The notes below the pieces were generated by a model, which saw only the letters and a list, made by a program, of their open reading frames with translations, searched no databases and had not been told where the DNA came from. Positions 1 to 8,549 of a stretch of DNA of 43,256 nt are shown piece by piece. Made by a program: the position numbers and the translations under genes. This DNA is from an uncultured Chthoniobacter sp. (lineage in GTDB: Bacteria; Verrucomicrobiota; Verrucomicrobiia; Chthoniobacterales; Terrimicrobiaceae): NCBI GenBank assembly GCA_964601115.1, contig CAZRLX010000002.1, positions 1-43,256 of the forward strand, given 5' to 3'. Numbering within the stretch: position 1 is the first letter of the stretch; every line of letters begins with the position of its first letter.

Positions 1-548
1 GGCATGCGGATGCAGCCGTGGCTGTCTGGGACGCCGGGGAGGAAGCCTTGGTGGAGGCCGACGGCGGTGCGGCCGAGGCGCATGAAGTAGGGCATGGGGG
101 AACCGGCGAAGCGGGCGCCGGGTGGCATGGGGTCTTTTTTGAGCCCCACGTTGCGGACGAGGACGTCGCCTTGGGCGTTCACGTAGTCGCCGTAGAGGTT
201 CGAGACGTGGTCCTTGTTTTTCTGGGTGATCTTGTAGCGGCCGGTGGGGGTGCCGAATCCTTCGCGTCCGCTGGAGATGGCTGAGACGCCGACGAGTTTC
301 GGGCCTTTGTAGAACGAGGCCTGTTGTTCGGAGAGGTCGATCACGATGCTCGGCGCGCCGGTGACGCCGTCGCCGTCCCAGTAGGAATTGGCATCGGCGA
401 GTGTGGAGGCGCTGGAGCGGGAAATGATGGATCCGTCCGTGCCGAGGTAGGCCGTCTTGCGATCATTGAGCCGGGTGTCGTAGTTGGCGCAACCGGCGAC
501 GACGAGGGCGAGGGTCGCGGAAAGGATCGACTGGCGTGGAAACAACAT
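1..548 (-). CDS. L,D-transpeptidase (YkuD/ErfK family) lipoprotein, C-terminus cut by the window edge
   Basis: Not in the supplied ORF track because it runs off the window. I translated the minus strand from ATG 546-548. It reads MLFPRQSILSATLALVVAGC (signal peptide plus lipobox), then IVIDLSEQQASFYKG, then GLHQGFLPGVPDSHGCIRMP, which carries the YkuD catalytic His...SHGCIRM motif. The frame is open down to position 1. Confidence 0.85.
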   Translation of the reverse strand, partial: MLFPRQSILSATLALVVAGCANYDTRLNDRKTAYLGTDGSIISRSSASTLADANSYWDGDGVTGAPSIVIDLSEQQASFYKGPKLVGVSAISSGREGFGTPTGRYKITQKNKDHVSNLYGDYVNAQGDVLVRNVGLKKDPMPPGARFAGSPMPYFMRLGRTAVGLHQGFLPGVPDSHGCIRM

Positions 549-594
549 TGGTGGCGGAATTAAGCGTTCGATTCGGGAGGCGTCAAGGCGCTCT

Positions 595-1908
595 TCAACG
601 CGGGTTGGCAAGGGCGTCGTAGATCGGTTCGTCGCGGAGGAGGGTCGGAATGAAATAGGCGCCGAGGCAGGCCGCGAGCATGGGGAGGAAGAGGTCGAAG
701 CATGAGGTCATCTCGAGGCAGATGACGATGCCTGTGAGCGGAGCGCGGATGCTCGCGGTGAAGAACGCCGCCATGCCCGCCACGGCAAAAGCCATCGGAG
801 CCGGGAAAAAGGAGGGTGAGAGGTGGTGGAGGACAACGCCCGAGGCGGCTCCCACAAGCACGCCGAGGGTGACGACAGGGGCGAAGAGGCCGCCCGGGGT
901 GCCAGCGATGTAGCTCAACGGGCCGAGGAAAAACCGGGCGACGGCGATGGTGAGAAGAAGAGCGAGACCGCCTTGGCCTGCGAGGACGCGTTGGGTGACA
1001 TCGTCACCTCCTCCGATATCGAGCGGGAGGAACCAGCCCACGGCTCCAACGGCCAGGCCGATCAGCACGGCCCTCGTGAGGACTGGGATGCGCTGGGCGG
1101 GTCCGGTGCGCGAGACGAGGGAGAGGAGGTATTTGTTGTAGGCCACGCCGAGAAAGCCCACGAGCAGGCCGAATGCGAAAAAGACCGGAAGGTTTATCGC
1201 TGGGCCGGCGGTGACCATGCCGGAAACGTTGTAGTCTTGGCCCATGCCGAAAAAGCCACGCTGGACGAAGGCTGCCGAGGAGGCGGCGGTCGCGGCGAGG
1301 ACGAATCCGATGGGGGTGACTTTGCGGAGGACCTCTTCGAGAATGAAAAGGGTGCCGCCCACGGGGGCGTTGAATGCGGTGCCAAGCCCCGCGCCCGCGC
1401 CAGCGGCCATGAGGGATTTCCAGGCGTTCGGCAGGAACGTGAAGAGGCGGCCGACGCGTTCGCCGATGACGGAGCCCATTTGGACCAACGGGCCTTCGCG
1501 TCCGAGGACAAGGCCCGAGGAGAGGGCAACGAGCCCGCCAAGGAATTTCACCGGGAGGACGAAGGAGTGGTTCGGGATTCCAGTGCCGCGAAGGATGCGT
1601 TCCACGTAGGGCACACCGCTTCCCGCGGCATTCGGGGCAAAGCGTTTCACCAGATAGGCGCCGAAGAGAGCGCAGGCGGCGGTGCCAAGCATGAGGGTGG
1701 CGATGCCGGTGCCCGGGGGCCAATCGCGCATCGAGGCGACGAGGGATTCGCGGAGGGTGTTCGCACTTGAGAGAAGCGAGAGAAACGCCACGCCTACGAG
1801 ACCGGTGAGCGCGCCAACCAGTGCGGCCCCCGCCATGAGGGCGAGGCTTTTGAGGAGGTTCGAGGGAAACTCCTCAGGCAGGAGGTTGGGGTCTTGTTCC
1901 TCCGTCAC
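595..1908 (-). CDS. clcA: ClC-family chloride channel / H+-Cl- exchanger
   Basis: 437 aa and polytopic. It has the ClC selectivity motifs GSGVPYVE, GREGPLVQMG and GGLFAP. The start is GTG at 1906-1908 and overlaps the pyrF stop as GTGA. Confidence 0.9.
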   Translation of the reverse strand: MTEEQDPNLLPEEFPSNLLKSLALMAGAALVGALTGLVGVAFLSLLSSANTLRESLVASMRDWPPGTGIATLMLGTAACALFGAYLVKRFAPNAAGSGVPYVERILRGTGIPNHSFVLPVKFLGGLVALSSGLVLGREGPLVQMGSVIGERVGRLFTFLPNAWKSLMAAGAGAGLGTAFNAPVGGTLFILEEVLRKVTPIGFVLAATAASSAAFVQRGFFGMGQDYNVSGMVTAGPAINLPVFFAFGLLVGFLGVAYNKYLLSLVSRTGPAQRIPVLTRAVLIGLAVGAVGWFLPLDIGGGDDVTQRVLAGQGGLALLLTIAVARFFLGPLSYIAGTPGGLFAPVVTLGVLVGAASGVVLHHLSPSFFPAPMAFAVAGMAAFFTASIRAPLTGIVICLEMTSCFDLFLPMLAACLGAYFIPTLLRDEPIYDALANPR

Positions 1909-2609
1909 TTTGCGGAATCGATCTCTGCCGCGATGGCGTTGAGGGCGGCGAGGGGATCGGAAGCTTTGGTAACCGGGCGGCCGATGACGAGGTAGTCGGC
2001 TCCCGCGCGGATCGCCTCGGCTGGCGTGAGGACGCGTTTTTGGTCGCCGAGGTCGCTTCCCGCAGGGCGGACGCCGGGTGTGACAATGGTGAGGGTGGAT
2101 CCGAATTTTTGACGAAGTGGGGCGATTTCCAGCGGGCTGGCCACGACACCGCGCAGTCCGCCGGCGACACCCATTTCGGCCAACCGGAGGACTTGCGCCT
2201 CCGGCGAGGTGTGGATGCCGATGGCTTCCAGCGATGGGGCATCCATGCTGGTCAGCACGGTGACACCGAGGACGAGGGTCTTCGATCCCGCTGCCGCTTG
2301 GACGGATTCCGCCACCATGGCGGGGGCGCCGCAGAGGTGGATGGTGGTCATGTCCACACCGAGGCGGACCGCCGAGCGAACTGCCTCGCGCGCGGTGTTC
2401 GGGATGTCGTGGAATTTGAGATCGAGAAAGATGCGTGCGCCGAGGGCCTGAAGGTCATGAACGATCGAGGGGCCTTCCGCAGTGAAGAGTTGGAGACCGA
2501 TTTTGAAGAGGCAGCCCTCTCCGGCGAGCGGGGCGACGAGGCGTTTCGCCGACGAGGCATCCGGCGTGTCGATGGCGATGATGATTTTTTCTTTGGCGGA
2601 GTGGTTCAT
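1905..2609 (-). CDS. pyrF: orotidine-5'-phosphate decarboxylase
   Basis: 234 aa. Motifs are IIIAIDTPD, FKIGLQLF, DLKFHDIPNT and a C-terminal YLVIGRPV. The start is ATG at 2607-2609. Confidence 0.93.
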   Translation of the reverse strand: MNHSAKEKIIIAIDTPDASSAKRLVAPLAGEGCLFKIGLQLFTAEGPSIVHDLQALGARIFLDLKFHDIPNTAREAVRSAVRLGVDMTTIHLCGAPAMVAESVQAAAGSKTLVLGVTVLTSMDAPSLEAIGIHTSPEAQVLRLAEMGVAGGLRGVVASPLEIAPLRQKFGSTLTIVTPGVRPAGSDLGDQKRVLTPAEAIRAGADYLVIGRPVTKASDPLAALNAIAAEIDSAK

Positions 2610-2630
2610 TCGCGGATAGATCGGGGTCGC

Positions 2631-3464
2631 ATGTCAATAGACGCTCCCGCCAAAGTCAACCTTGTGCTCCGGGTGCTTGGGAAGCGGGCCGACGGGTTTC
2701 ACGCCATCGAGACGCTGATGGTGCCGGTGACGCTCTCCGACAGGCTCGAGATCGGGTTGTGCGAGGGCGGCGGGTTGGAATTTACCTGCAGCGATCCAAC
2801 ATTGCCGCTCGACGGAACGAATCTGGTGTGCCGCGCGGTCGAGGCGTTCCGGGAGCGCACCGGGTTTGACGGCGGGGTGCGGGTGCATTTGGAGAAGCGA
2901 ATCCCGCATGGGGCTGGGTTGGGTGGAGGGAGTAGCGATGCTGCCGCCGTGTTGAGAGGGTTGAACGGGTTGGTTGGAGCGGGGTTGGAGGTTGAGGATT
3001 TGGAGGAATTGGCGGCGGGGTTGGGGTCGGACGTGCCATTTTTCGTCCGCGGGGTTCCGGCGTGGTGCCGGGGGAGGGGGGAGATCGTCGAACCGCACGC
3101 CGGGGAGTTGCCCGGCGGGGAGTTGCTGTTGGTCAAGCCGCCATTCCCTGTGCCAACGGCTTGGGCCTATGGCGCGTGGGCGCGTGGAGGATTTCCCGCA
3201 ACTTCCGGCGGGCGGCTTGGTTCCATCGAGGTGATGAACGATCTGGAGCGGCCGGTCTTTTCAAAATATCTGGTGCTGCCTGTGTTGAAGGATTGGTTGC
3301 TCGGCCAGGAGGGAGTGGCGGCGGCGATGATGTCCGGTTCGGGGTCCACGATGATCGCGTTTTTGAGCGGCGGGGCGGATGGGTTGGAAGAGCGCGTGAG
3401 GGAGGAATTTGGTGGGACGTTTGCCATGTTCCGCTGCCGGTTGGGAACGGTTGCGGGAGTGTGA
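2631..3464 (+). CDS. ispE: 4-diphosphocytidyl-2-C-methyl-D-erythritol kinase
   Basis: The track ORF 2040-3464 is over-extended. The true N-terminus is MSIDAPAKVNLVLRVLGKRADGFH at ATG 2631. The GHMP-kinase motif IPHGAGLGGGSSDAAA is present. Confidence 0.9.
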   Translation: MSIDAPAKVNLVLRVLGKRADGFHAIETLMVPVTLSDRLEIGLCEGGGLEFTCSDPTLPLDGTNLVCRAVEAFRERTGFDGGVRVHLEKRIPHGAGLGGGSSDAAAVLRGLNGLVGAGLEVEDLEELAAGLGSDVPFFVRGVPAWCRGRGEIVEPHAGELPGGELLLVKPPFPVPTAWAYGAWARGGFPATSGGRLGSIEVMNDLERPVFSKYLVLPVLKDWLLGQEGVAAAMMSGSGSTMIAFLSGGADGLEERVREEFGGTFAMFRCRLGTVAGV

Positions 3465-3466
3465 TC

Positions 3467-4045
3467 ATGGACGCGCCTCCCGATGAGCCTGATGATCTCG
3501 AGTTGATGCGGCTTGCGGGGCAGGAGGACGAGCGGGCCTTCGGCAAGTTGGTTGAGCGGCACCAGATGATGGTCGTCGGCACGGTCGGGCGGATGCTTGG
3601 TGGATTTGAGGGCGCCGAGGACATCGCGCAGCAGGTGTTCGTGAGGGCATGGAGGAGCGCGCCGCGCTACAGGCCCGAGGCGAAGTTCACGACGTGGCTG
3701 CTGACGATCGCGCGGAATCTGGTGTTCAACGAGATCAAGCGGCGGGGGAGGGTCGTGTGGGCCGCGATGGAGAACGAGGAGGGGAGGCAGCGCGACATTC
3801 CGGATCCGGGAACACGCGACGGGTTGGATTCGCTTGCCGAGCGGGAAGTGGGGGAGGCGATCAGCAAGGCGATCGCGGGGTTGCCCGAGATGCAGCGGAT
3901 GGCCTTGGTCCTGCGGCGGTATGAGGGGTTGCCGTATGAGGAGATCGCCGAGGTGCTGGGGACGAGCCTGCCTGCGGTGAAGAGCCTGATTTTCCGGGCC
4001 CGCGAGGAATTGAAAAAAGTGCTGCGGCCCTATTTGGAGGAATAG
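3467..4045 (+). CDS. ECF-type RNA polymerase sigma-70 family factor
   Basis: The start is ATG 3467, 2 nt after the ispE stop, giving 192 aa. Region 2 reads DIAQQVFVRAW..FTTWLLTIARNLVFNEIKRR. Region 4 is the HTH LPEMQRMALVLRRYEGLPYEEIAEVLGTSLPAVKSLIFRAR. Confidence 0.9.
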   Translation: MDAPPDEPDDLELMRLAGQEDERAFGKLVERHQMMVVGTVGRMLGGFEGAEDIAQQVFVRAWRSAPRYRPEAKFTTWLLTIARNLVFNEIKRRGRVVWAAMENEEGRQRDIPDPGTRDGLDSLAEREVGEAISKAIAGLPEMQRMALVLRRYEGLPYEEIAEVLGTSLPAVKSLIFRAREELKKVLRPYLEE

Positions 4046-4047
4046 GG

Positions 4048-5007
4048 TCAGCGGGTGGCGATGAGGGCGTCGAAGCGGGTGGCGTGGTTCGCGTAGGCCG
4101 GGTAGCGCTCGATATCGCCGGTTCGGGGTTTGTAGCGCCAGTGTTTGTAGGGCCAGAGCCAGCACTCGGGGTGGGTGTGAATGCCCGGTTCCAAGGCGTC
4201 CCAGCATTGTTGAACAAGCGGGGCGACCGGCGCGTCCGGCGGGCACTCGATGGGCGGGTGGTGAATGATGTTGTAGCGTCCGTCTGGAAGCGGGCGGCAT
4301 TCCACCGGGACGATCGCGGCGCCTGTGCGCTGGGCAAGGGCGACATGGGCCGGGGTGACGCTGGCGACCAGGCCGCCGAAGGTGGTGATCGGGACAGCCC
4401 CCTCGCGGGGATCGATGTTCAGGTCGATGAGCATGCCGAATTTGCCGCCGGATTTGAGGTGTTTCAGCATTTTCAGCATCGCGCGCTCCTGGGGGATGAC
4501 CTGGTTGCCAGTGCTCGCGCGGAGGTGGTTGAAGACCGGGCCGAGGTGGGGGTTGCGGAATTTTTGCGCGATGACCGGACCGCGGATGATCGAATAGGCG
4601 CCGACGAGGGAGAGCCACTCGAAGTTGCCGTAGTGCATGCAGCAGTAGATGGCCGCTTTGTTGGGATCCTTGCGGCAGGTGTCGGTTTCCCAGCCCGAAA
4701 ACACCACATGGTTTGCGACAAAGTCCTCCGACATGTTCGGCGCCCAGAGGAGTTCCAGCATGGTGCGGGCGAAGGAGCGGTAGGAGCCGCGGGCGATGCG
4801 GCGTTTTTCGGAGGGCGAGAATTTTCCAGGGAAGGCGGATTCGAGATTTTGGAGGGCGGTGCGGCGTCCGCGCGGATCCAGAAGGTAGACGAGCGAGCCG
4901 ACGACATCCGCGATTGGGCGCAGGGTGTGGAACTCGAGTTTGGCGACGATCCACGCGGCCGCGGAGAGTCCCGCGTATTCCAGCCAGTCCTGAAGCGGTC
5001 GGTTCAC
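4048..5007 (-). CDS. LpxL/HtrB-family lipid A (Kdo2-lipid IVA) late acyltransferase-like protein
   Basis: 319 aa with an N-terminal membrane anchor. It has the H-x4-E acyltransferase motif MHYGNFEW and the family-typical ALQNLESAFPGKFSPSEKRRIARGSY. The GTG start at 5005-5007 overlaps the metG stop as GTGA. Confidence 0.75.
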   Translation of the reverse strand: MNRPLQDWLEYAGLSAAAWIVAKLEFHTLRPIADVVGSLVYLLDPRGRRTALQNLESAFPGKFSPSEKRRIARGSYRSFARTMLELLWAPNMSEDFVANHVVFSGWETDTCRKDPNKAAIYCCMHYGNFEWLSLVGAYSIIRGPVIAQKFRNPHLGPVFNHLRASTGNQVIPQERAMLKMLKHLKSGGKFGMLIDLNIDPREGAVPITTFGGLVASVTPAHVALAQRTGAAIVPVECRPLPDGRYNIIHHPPIECPPDAPVAPLVQQCWDALEPGIHTHPECWLWPYKHWRYKPRTGDIERYPAYANHATRFDALIATR

Positions 5008-6554
5008 TCGGCGGGGGCTTCGATGCGGGGAAAGAGCGGCACGGGGGCGCCGAGTTCATGTCCATCCGGCAGGAGTCCCCAAGCGGTGTTCTCCATGGTG
5101 GCGGGGCCGTTCCATTGGAGCTGGGAACGGATCGCGGCGGATTCCTTCGGGAGAATGGGGGACATGAGGATCGAGACGATGCGGAGGGACTCGGCCAGGG
5201 TGTAGAGGACCTCGTCGAGTTTCTCCGCCTGGGCGGGGTCCTTCGCGAGTTTCCATGGGGCGGTCTCCTCCACGTAGGCATTGCAGCGGGTGGTGAAGTC
5301 CATGACATGCTCCACGGCGGCCTGGACTTGATAGGAGGCCATCGCCGCGTTGTAGGCGGCTGTTTTTTCCGCAGCGAGGGCGGCGAGGGGGGAATCCATG
5401 CGGCGCAGGCGGCTTTCGCGGTAGCGTTTCGCCATGCTCAGGGAGCGGTTGAGGAGGTTGCCGAGGCTATTCGCGAGTTCCGCGTTGTAGCGTTGTTCCA
5501 ACCGGTCGGTGCTGAAATCGGCATCGCGCCCGGTGTTGATGTCGGTGAGGAGGTAGTAGCGGAGCGCGGCGGTGCCGTAATGATCGGCGAGCGCCGAGGG
5601 GTCGACACTGTTTCCCAGGCTCTTGCTCATCTTCGCCCCCGCGATGTTCCACCATCCATGGACGAGAAAGTTCGGGATGTCGTCATCCTCGAACCCCAGG
5701 GCGTGGAGCATGATGGTCCAGTAGATGCCGTGGGGAGGGGCGAGGATGTCCTTGCCGATGACATGGAGCGCCGGCCAGCGGCTGTGGAAGGTCGAGAGAT
5801 CAACGCCGGGAGCGGCATCGTAGCCCGCGAAGCTGATGTAGTTCGTGAGGGCGTCGAACCAGACGTAGGTGACAAAGTCCGGGTCGAAGGGGAGTTCGAT
5901 GCCCCAGGTGAGGCGGGATTTCGGGCGCGAGATGCAGAGGTCGCCCGAGATTTTTTCCACGGCATTGCGGAGTTCCGCGGTGCGGAATTCCGGTTGGACC
6001 ATCGAGCGGCCGGCTTGGGAGCGTTTGTCGATGAGGGCGAGGAGCCAGTCGCGGTTCTCGGCGAGCTTGAAAAAATAGTTCTCCTCCTGGATTTCCACGA
6101 CCTCGCCCCATTCCTCGCCGAAGGTGCCGTCGGGGCCGCGTTCCTTCTCGGTGAGGACCTGTTCCTGGCGCACGCTGTAGTGGCCGCTTTGGACGGCCTT
6201 GTAGATTTTTCCTTCGTTCCAGAGGCGTTGGAGGATGCCTTGGACGCAGCGTTTGTGGGTGTCTTCGGTGGTGGCCGCCCAGGCGTCGTAGGAGATGTCG
6301 AGTTTCTCCCAGAGGGCGAGGAAGCGCGAGGTGATGTCCTCCACGAAGGCGGCCGGTTCAACGCCGAGTTTTTGGGCGGATTGCTGGACTTTTTGCCCGT
6401 GCTGGTCGACGCCCGTGAGGAAGAAGACATCGCGGCCGTGGAGCCGCTGGTGGCGCGCGATGGCGTCCGCCAGAACCTTTTCGTAGGCGTGGCCGATGTG
6501 TGGTGCGCCGTTCGTGTAGTCGATCGCGGTGGTGATGAAAAACGTCTTGCTCAT
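5004..6554 (-). CDS. metG: methionine--tRNA ligase (short form, no C-terminal tRNA-binding domain)
   Basis: The track ORF is over-extended to 6827. The true start is ATG 6552-6554, reading MSKTFFITTAIDYTNGAPHIGHAYE (HIGH motif). The KMSKS motif is KMSKSLGN. Length is 516 aa. Confidence 0.95.
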   Translation of the reverse strand: MSKTFFITTAIDYTNGAPHIGHAYEKVLADAIARHQRLHGRDVFFLTGVDQHGQKVQQSAQKLGVEPAAFVEDITSRFLALWEKLDISYDAWAATTEDTHKRCVQGILQRLWNEGKIYKAVQSGHYSVRQEQVLTEKERGPDGTFGEEWGEVVEIQEENYFFKLAENRDWLLALIDKRSQAGRSMVQPEFRTAELRNAVEKISGDLCISRPKSRLTWGIELPFDPDFVTYVWFDALTNYISFAGYDAAPGVDLSTFHSRWPALHVIGKDILAPPHGIYWTIMLHALGFEDDDIPNFLVHGWWNIAGAKMSKSLGNSVDPSALADHYGTAALRYYLLTDINTGRDADFSTDRLEQRYNAELANSLGNLLNRSLSMAKRYRESRLRRMDSPLAALAAEKTAAYNAAMASYQVQAAVEHVMDFTTRCNAYVEETAPWKLAKDPAQAEKLDEVLYTLAESLRIVSILMSPILPKESAAIRSQLQWNGPATMENTAWGLLPDGHELGAPVPLFPRIEAPAE

Positions 6555-6916
6555 GATGAAGTGGAGTCGGCCGGGGAGTCGAAGTCGGTTTTGATTTTTC
6601 CGCCCCAGGAGAGGATGCGTGCCTTGGCTCCCGCCGCCTCGGCTTCCGGAATCTGGTTGTTGCGGACATGGAAGAGCGAGAGGCTCGACCAGGCAAGTTG
6701 ATCCTGCGGACGGAGGCGCACGGCGCGGAGGCCCGCCTCGACTGCTTCGGCGTGATGGCCGCTTTTCATGAGCGCCATGCCGAGAGCATGCCATCCGTCG
6801 AAGAAGTCCGGATCCAGCGCCACGCACTCGCGGTATTTGGCAACTGCTGCGTCGAGGTCCCCGAGGGCGATGTCGCCTGTGGCGTCGTCAAAAATCTCGT
6901 CGACCCGATGGTTCAT
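6551..6916 (-). CDS. small TPR-repeat protein
   Basis: 121 aa from ATG 6914-6916. TPR-like helices include LGDLDAAVAKYRECVALDPDFFDGWHALGMALMKSGHHAEAVEAGLRAV. ATGA overlaps occur at both ends, with the PpiD-like stop and with the metG start. Confidence 0.7.
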   Translation of the reverse strand: MNHRVDEIFDDATGDIALGDLDAAVAKYRECVALDPDFFDGWHALGMALMKSGHHAEAVEAGLRAVRLRPQDQLAWSSLSLFHVRNNQIPEAEAAGAKARILSWGGKIKTDFDSPADSTSS

Positions 6917-8424
6917 CCCTGCGGGGTGGACGGCAGGGTGATGCGTGCCGCCTCGCGGCTGGTGCGGAGCCACTCGATGAAGAGGAGTTCTTTTTTTCCA
7001 GCGAGGATGTTTTCGCGGATGGTGCCGGTGTTTTCATCCCCCGAGGCCGGTCCTCGCGAGACGAGTTGGACTGCGAAAGCGCCCCATGGAGCCTGTTCGA
7101 GCGGGGAGAGTTCCCCGTCTTTCAGCAGCAGTGTCGGAGCCGAGATGGTGCGTTGTTCCGGCGAGGTCGATTCGCCCGCCGGGACGATCGAGGTGAGTTG
7201 GGAGGCGGTGAGGTTTTGAGCGGCGGCGGCTTCTTCCAGCGACTTGCCTTCGGCGAGGGCGGATTTGATCGCGTTGTAGGCGGTGCCCGAGTAGGCGGCG
7301 AATTGTTGGGCCGCCTTGCGCATGCGGAGGGCGGACTGAATCCGAGGGGTGGCCTCCTCGAGAGTAAGCGGGCGGGCAGGGTGAATGGTGGTGAGTTGGA
7401 CGATTTGGAACGAGTCGCCGGTCTGGATGATATCCGAAAACGCGCCGTTTTTTTGGAGCGAGTAGGCGGCCGAGGCGAGGGCGCGGAGTTGTTCGGGAGT
7501 GGCGGTGGCGAAGGAGTCGTTGAACTCGATGTCGCCCGAGCGGGTGAGGCCGGTGAGGGGACGGACGGTGGCCGAGGGGATCGGCTTGGCAACGGCCTCG
7601 AGCGAATCAGCGCCCGCCTCGAGGGCGTTCACAACGCTTGTGGCGGATGTAGCGAGTTGCTGGAGGGCGTCGATCCGCGCCTTGCCTTCGAGAGGTTCGC
7701 CAGCAGGCAGGGAGAAGGTGGCGACGAGGATGTCGCGGGTTTCGTCCGACTGGAGGGAGGGTTGGTTTTCCTTGTGGAAGGCGGCGATTTCCTCCTCCGA
7801 GACATCGATGCCCTTTCCGGTGAGGTCGCGTTCGAATTTGACGTAATTCGCGGTGACAGGCTGGAAGATGCGGGCGGCGGAGTCGGCTTCCGCCTGCCCC
7901 ACGGCGGCGGGGGCTTCGACGATGGCGGAGAGTTTCGCGAGGCGGAGGCTGTCGCGCATGACCTCCTCGAGTTGGCGTTCGTTGAAGCCGCGCGGGGCGA
8001 GTTGTTCCGCGACGAACTGGCTGTATTTGACCGGATCAAACTGGCTGTTTGTTTGGAAGACCGGGAGTGCCTTGATGCTGTCGGCGATCTGACTGTCTGT
8101 CGGTTCGATGCCGAGGGTTTCCGATTCGTGTCTGAGGACAAGGAGGTTCCAGACGAAATCGTTCAGGGCCTGGTCGGGATCCGAGCTTGTGCCTCCGAGT
8201 TTCTGGAGAAGGTCGTATTGGCCGAGGGCCATGGTGAGTTGATAGTTTTTGACCTGCCGGTCGATCATGAGGGGGGTGAGGGCCTTGCCGTAGATGGTTG
8301 GGTTGCGGGTGTTCGCGAGTTCGTCGAGTTGGGTTGTATTGTAGAGGAAGGCGAAGGCGATGATGGTCAGGAAGGCCACAACGATCATGAAGCCGCGTTG
8401 GTTTTTTCTGAGAAATTGGATCAT
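6913..8424 (-). CDS. PpiD-like membrane-anchored periplasmic chaperone (SurA N-terminal-type domain)
   Basis: 503 aa. The N-terminus MIQFLRKNQRGFMIVVAFLTIIAFAFLY is the typical PpiD single-TM anchor and is followed by IYGKALTPLMIDRQVKNYQ. I could not confirm a clearly active parvulin motif. Confidence 0.7.
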   Translation of the reverse strand: MIQFLRKNQRGFMIVVAFLTIIAFAFLYNTTQLDELANTRNPTIYGKALTPLMIDRQVKNYQLTMALGQYDLLQKLGGTSSDPDQALNDFVWNLLVLRHESETLGIEPTDSQIADSIKALPVFQTNSQFDPVKYSQFVAEQLAPRGFNERQLEEVMRDSLRLAKLSAIVEAPAAVGQAEADSAARIFQPVTANYVKFERDLTGKGIDVSEEEIAAFHKENQPSLQSDETRDILVATFSLPAGEPLEGKARIDALQQLATSATSVVNALEAGADSLEAVAKPIPSATVRPLTGLTRSGDIEFNDSFATATPEQLRALASAAYSLQKNGAFSDIIQTGDSFQIVQLTTIHPARPLTLEEATPRIQSALRMRKAAQQFAAYSGTAYNAIKSALAEGKSLEEAAAAQNLTASQLTSIVPAGESTSPEQRTISAPTLLLKDGELSPLEQAPWGAFAVQLVSRGPASGDENTGTIRENILAGKKELLFIEWLRTSREAARITLPSTPQG

Positions 8425-8549
8425 ATGAAGCGATGAAAGGGTTGCCCGGGGAGGGCGGAAGGTCTACAGAGTGCCGCCCATGATTGCAAGTGTGCCCGGT
8501 GTTTCGGGATCAACTGTTCGGCCGTCCGATGGGTGAAGGACGCAACGTG

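Noticed and set aside
2040-2630. N-terminal extensions of track ORFs, for example ispE from 2040, sigma from 3062, metG to 6827, deoB to 28161, deoA to 29476, rnc to 30950 and mpl to 14511
   Set aside because: The extensions overlap neighbouring real genes and lack family similarity. In each case an internal ATG reproduces the canonical family N-terminus. Several track starts are GTG/TTG codons, not real initiation sites.
3167-5308. 713-aa minus-strand ORF, the longest in the track, rich in Pro/Arg/Ser
   Set aside because: It runs antisense or out of frame across the well-supported sigma factor, LpxL-like and metG genes. Its low-complexity PR-rich composition has no recognisable motif. This is a typical open shadow frame of GC-rich DNA.
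4713-8436. Long plus-strand ORFs 4713-6701 (662 aa) and 7066-8436 (456 aa)
   Set aside because: They are antisense to metG and to the PpiD-like gene. They have no motifs and a shadow-frame composition. The same reasoning applies to 823-1770, 10890-11633, 11452-12723, 11849-12904, 16222-17115, 16704-17873, 17886-19064, 25940-26755, 31909-32823, 34866-35993, 36242-37459, 37239-38339 and 38496-39503.
8425-8549. Possible TPP (THI-box) riboswitch upstream of thiD
   Set aside because: I could not find the conserved CUGAGA and ACCUGAUCUGGAUAAUGCCAGCG-like elements on the plus strand. At about 100-125 nt the spacer also has to hold the divergent promoters.
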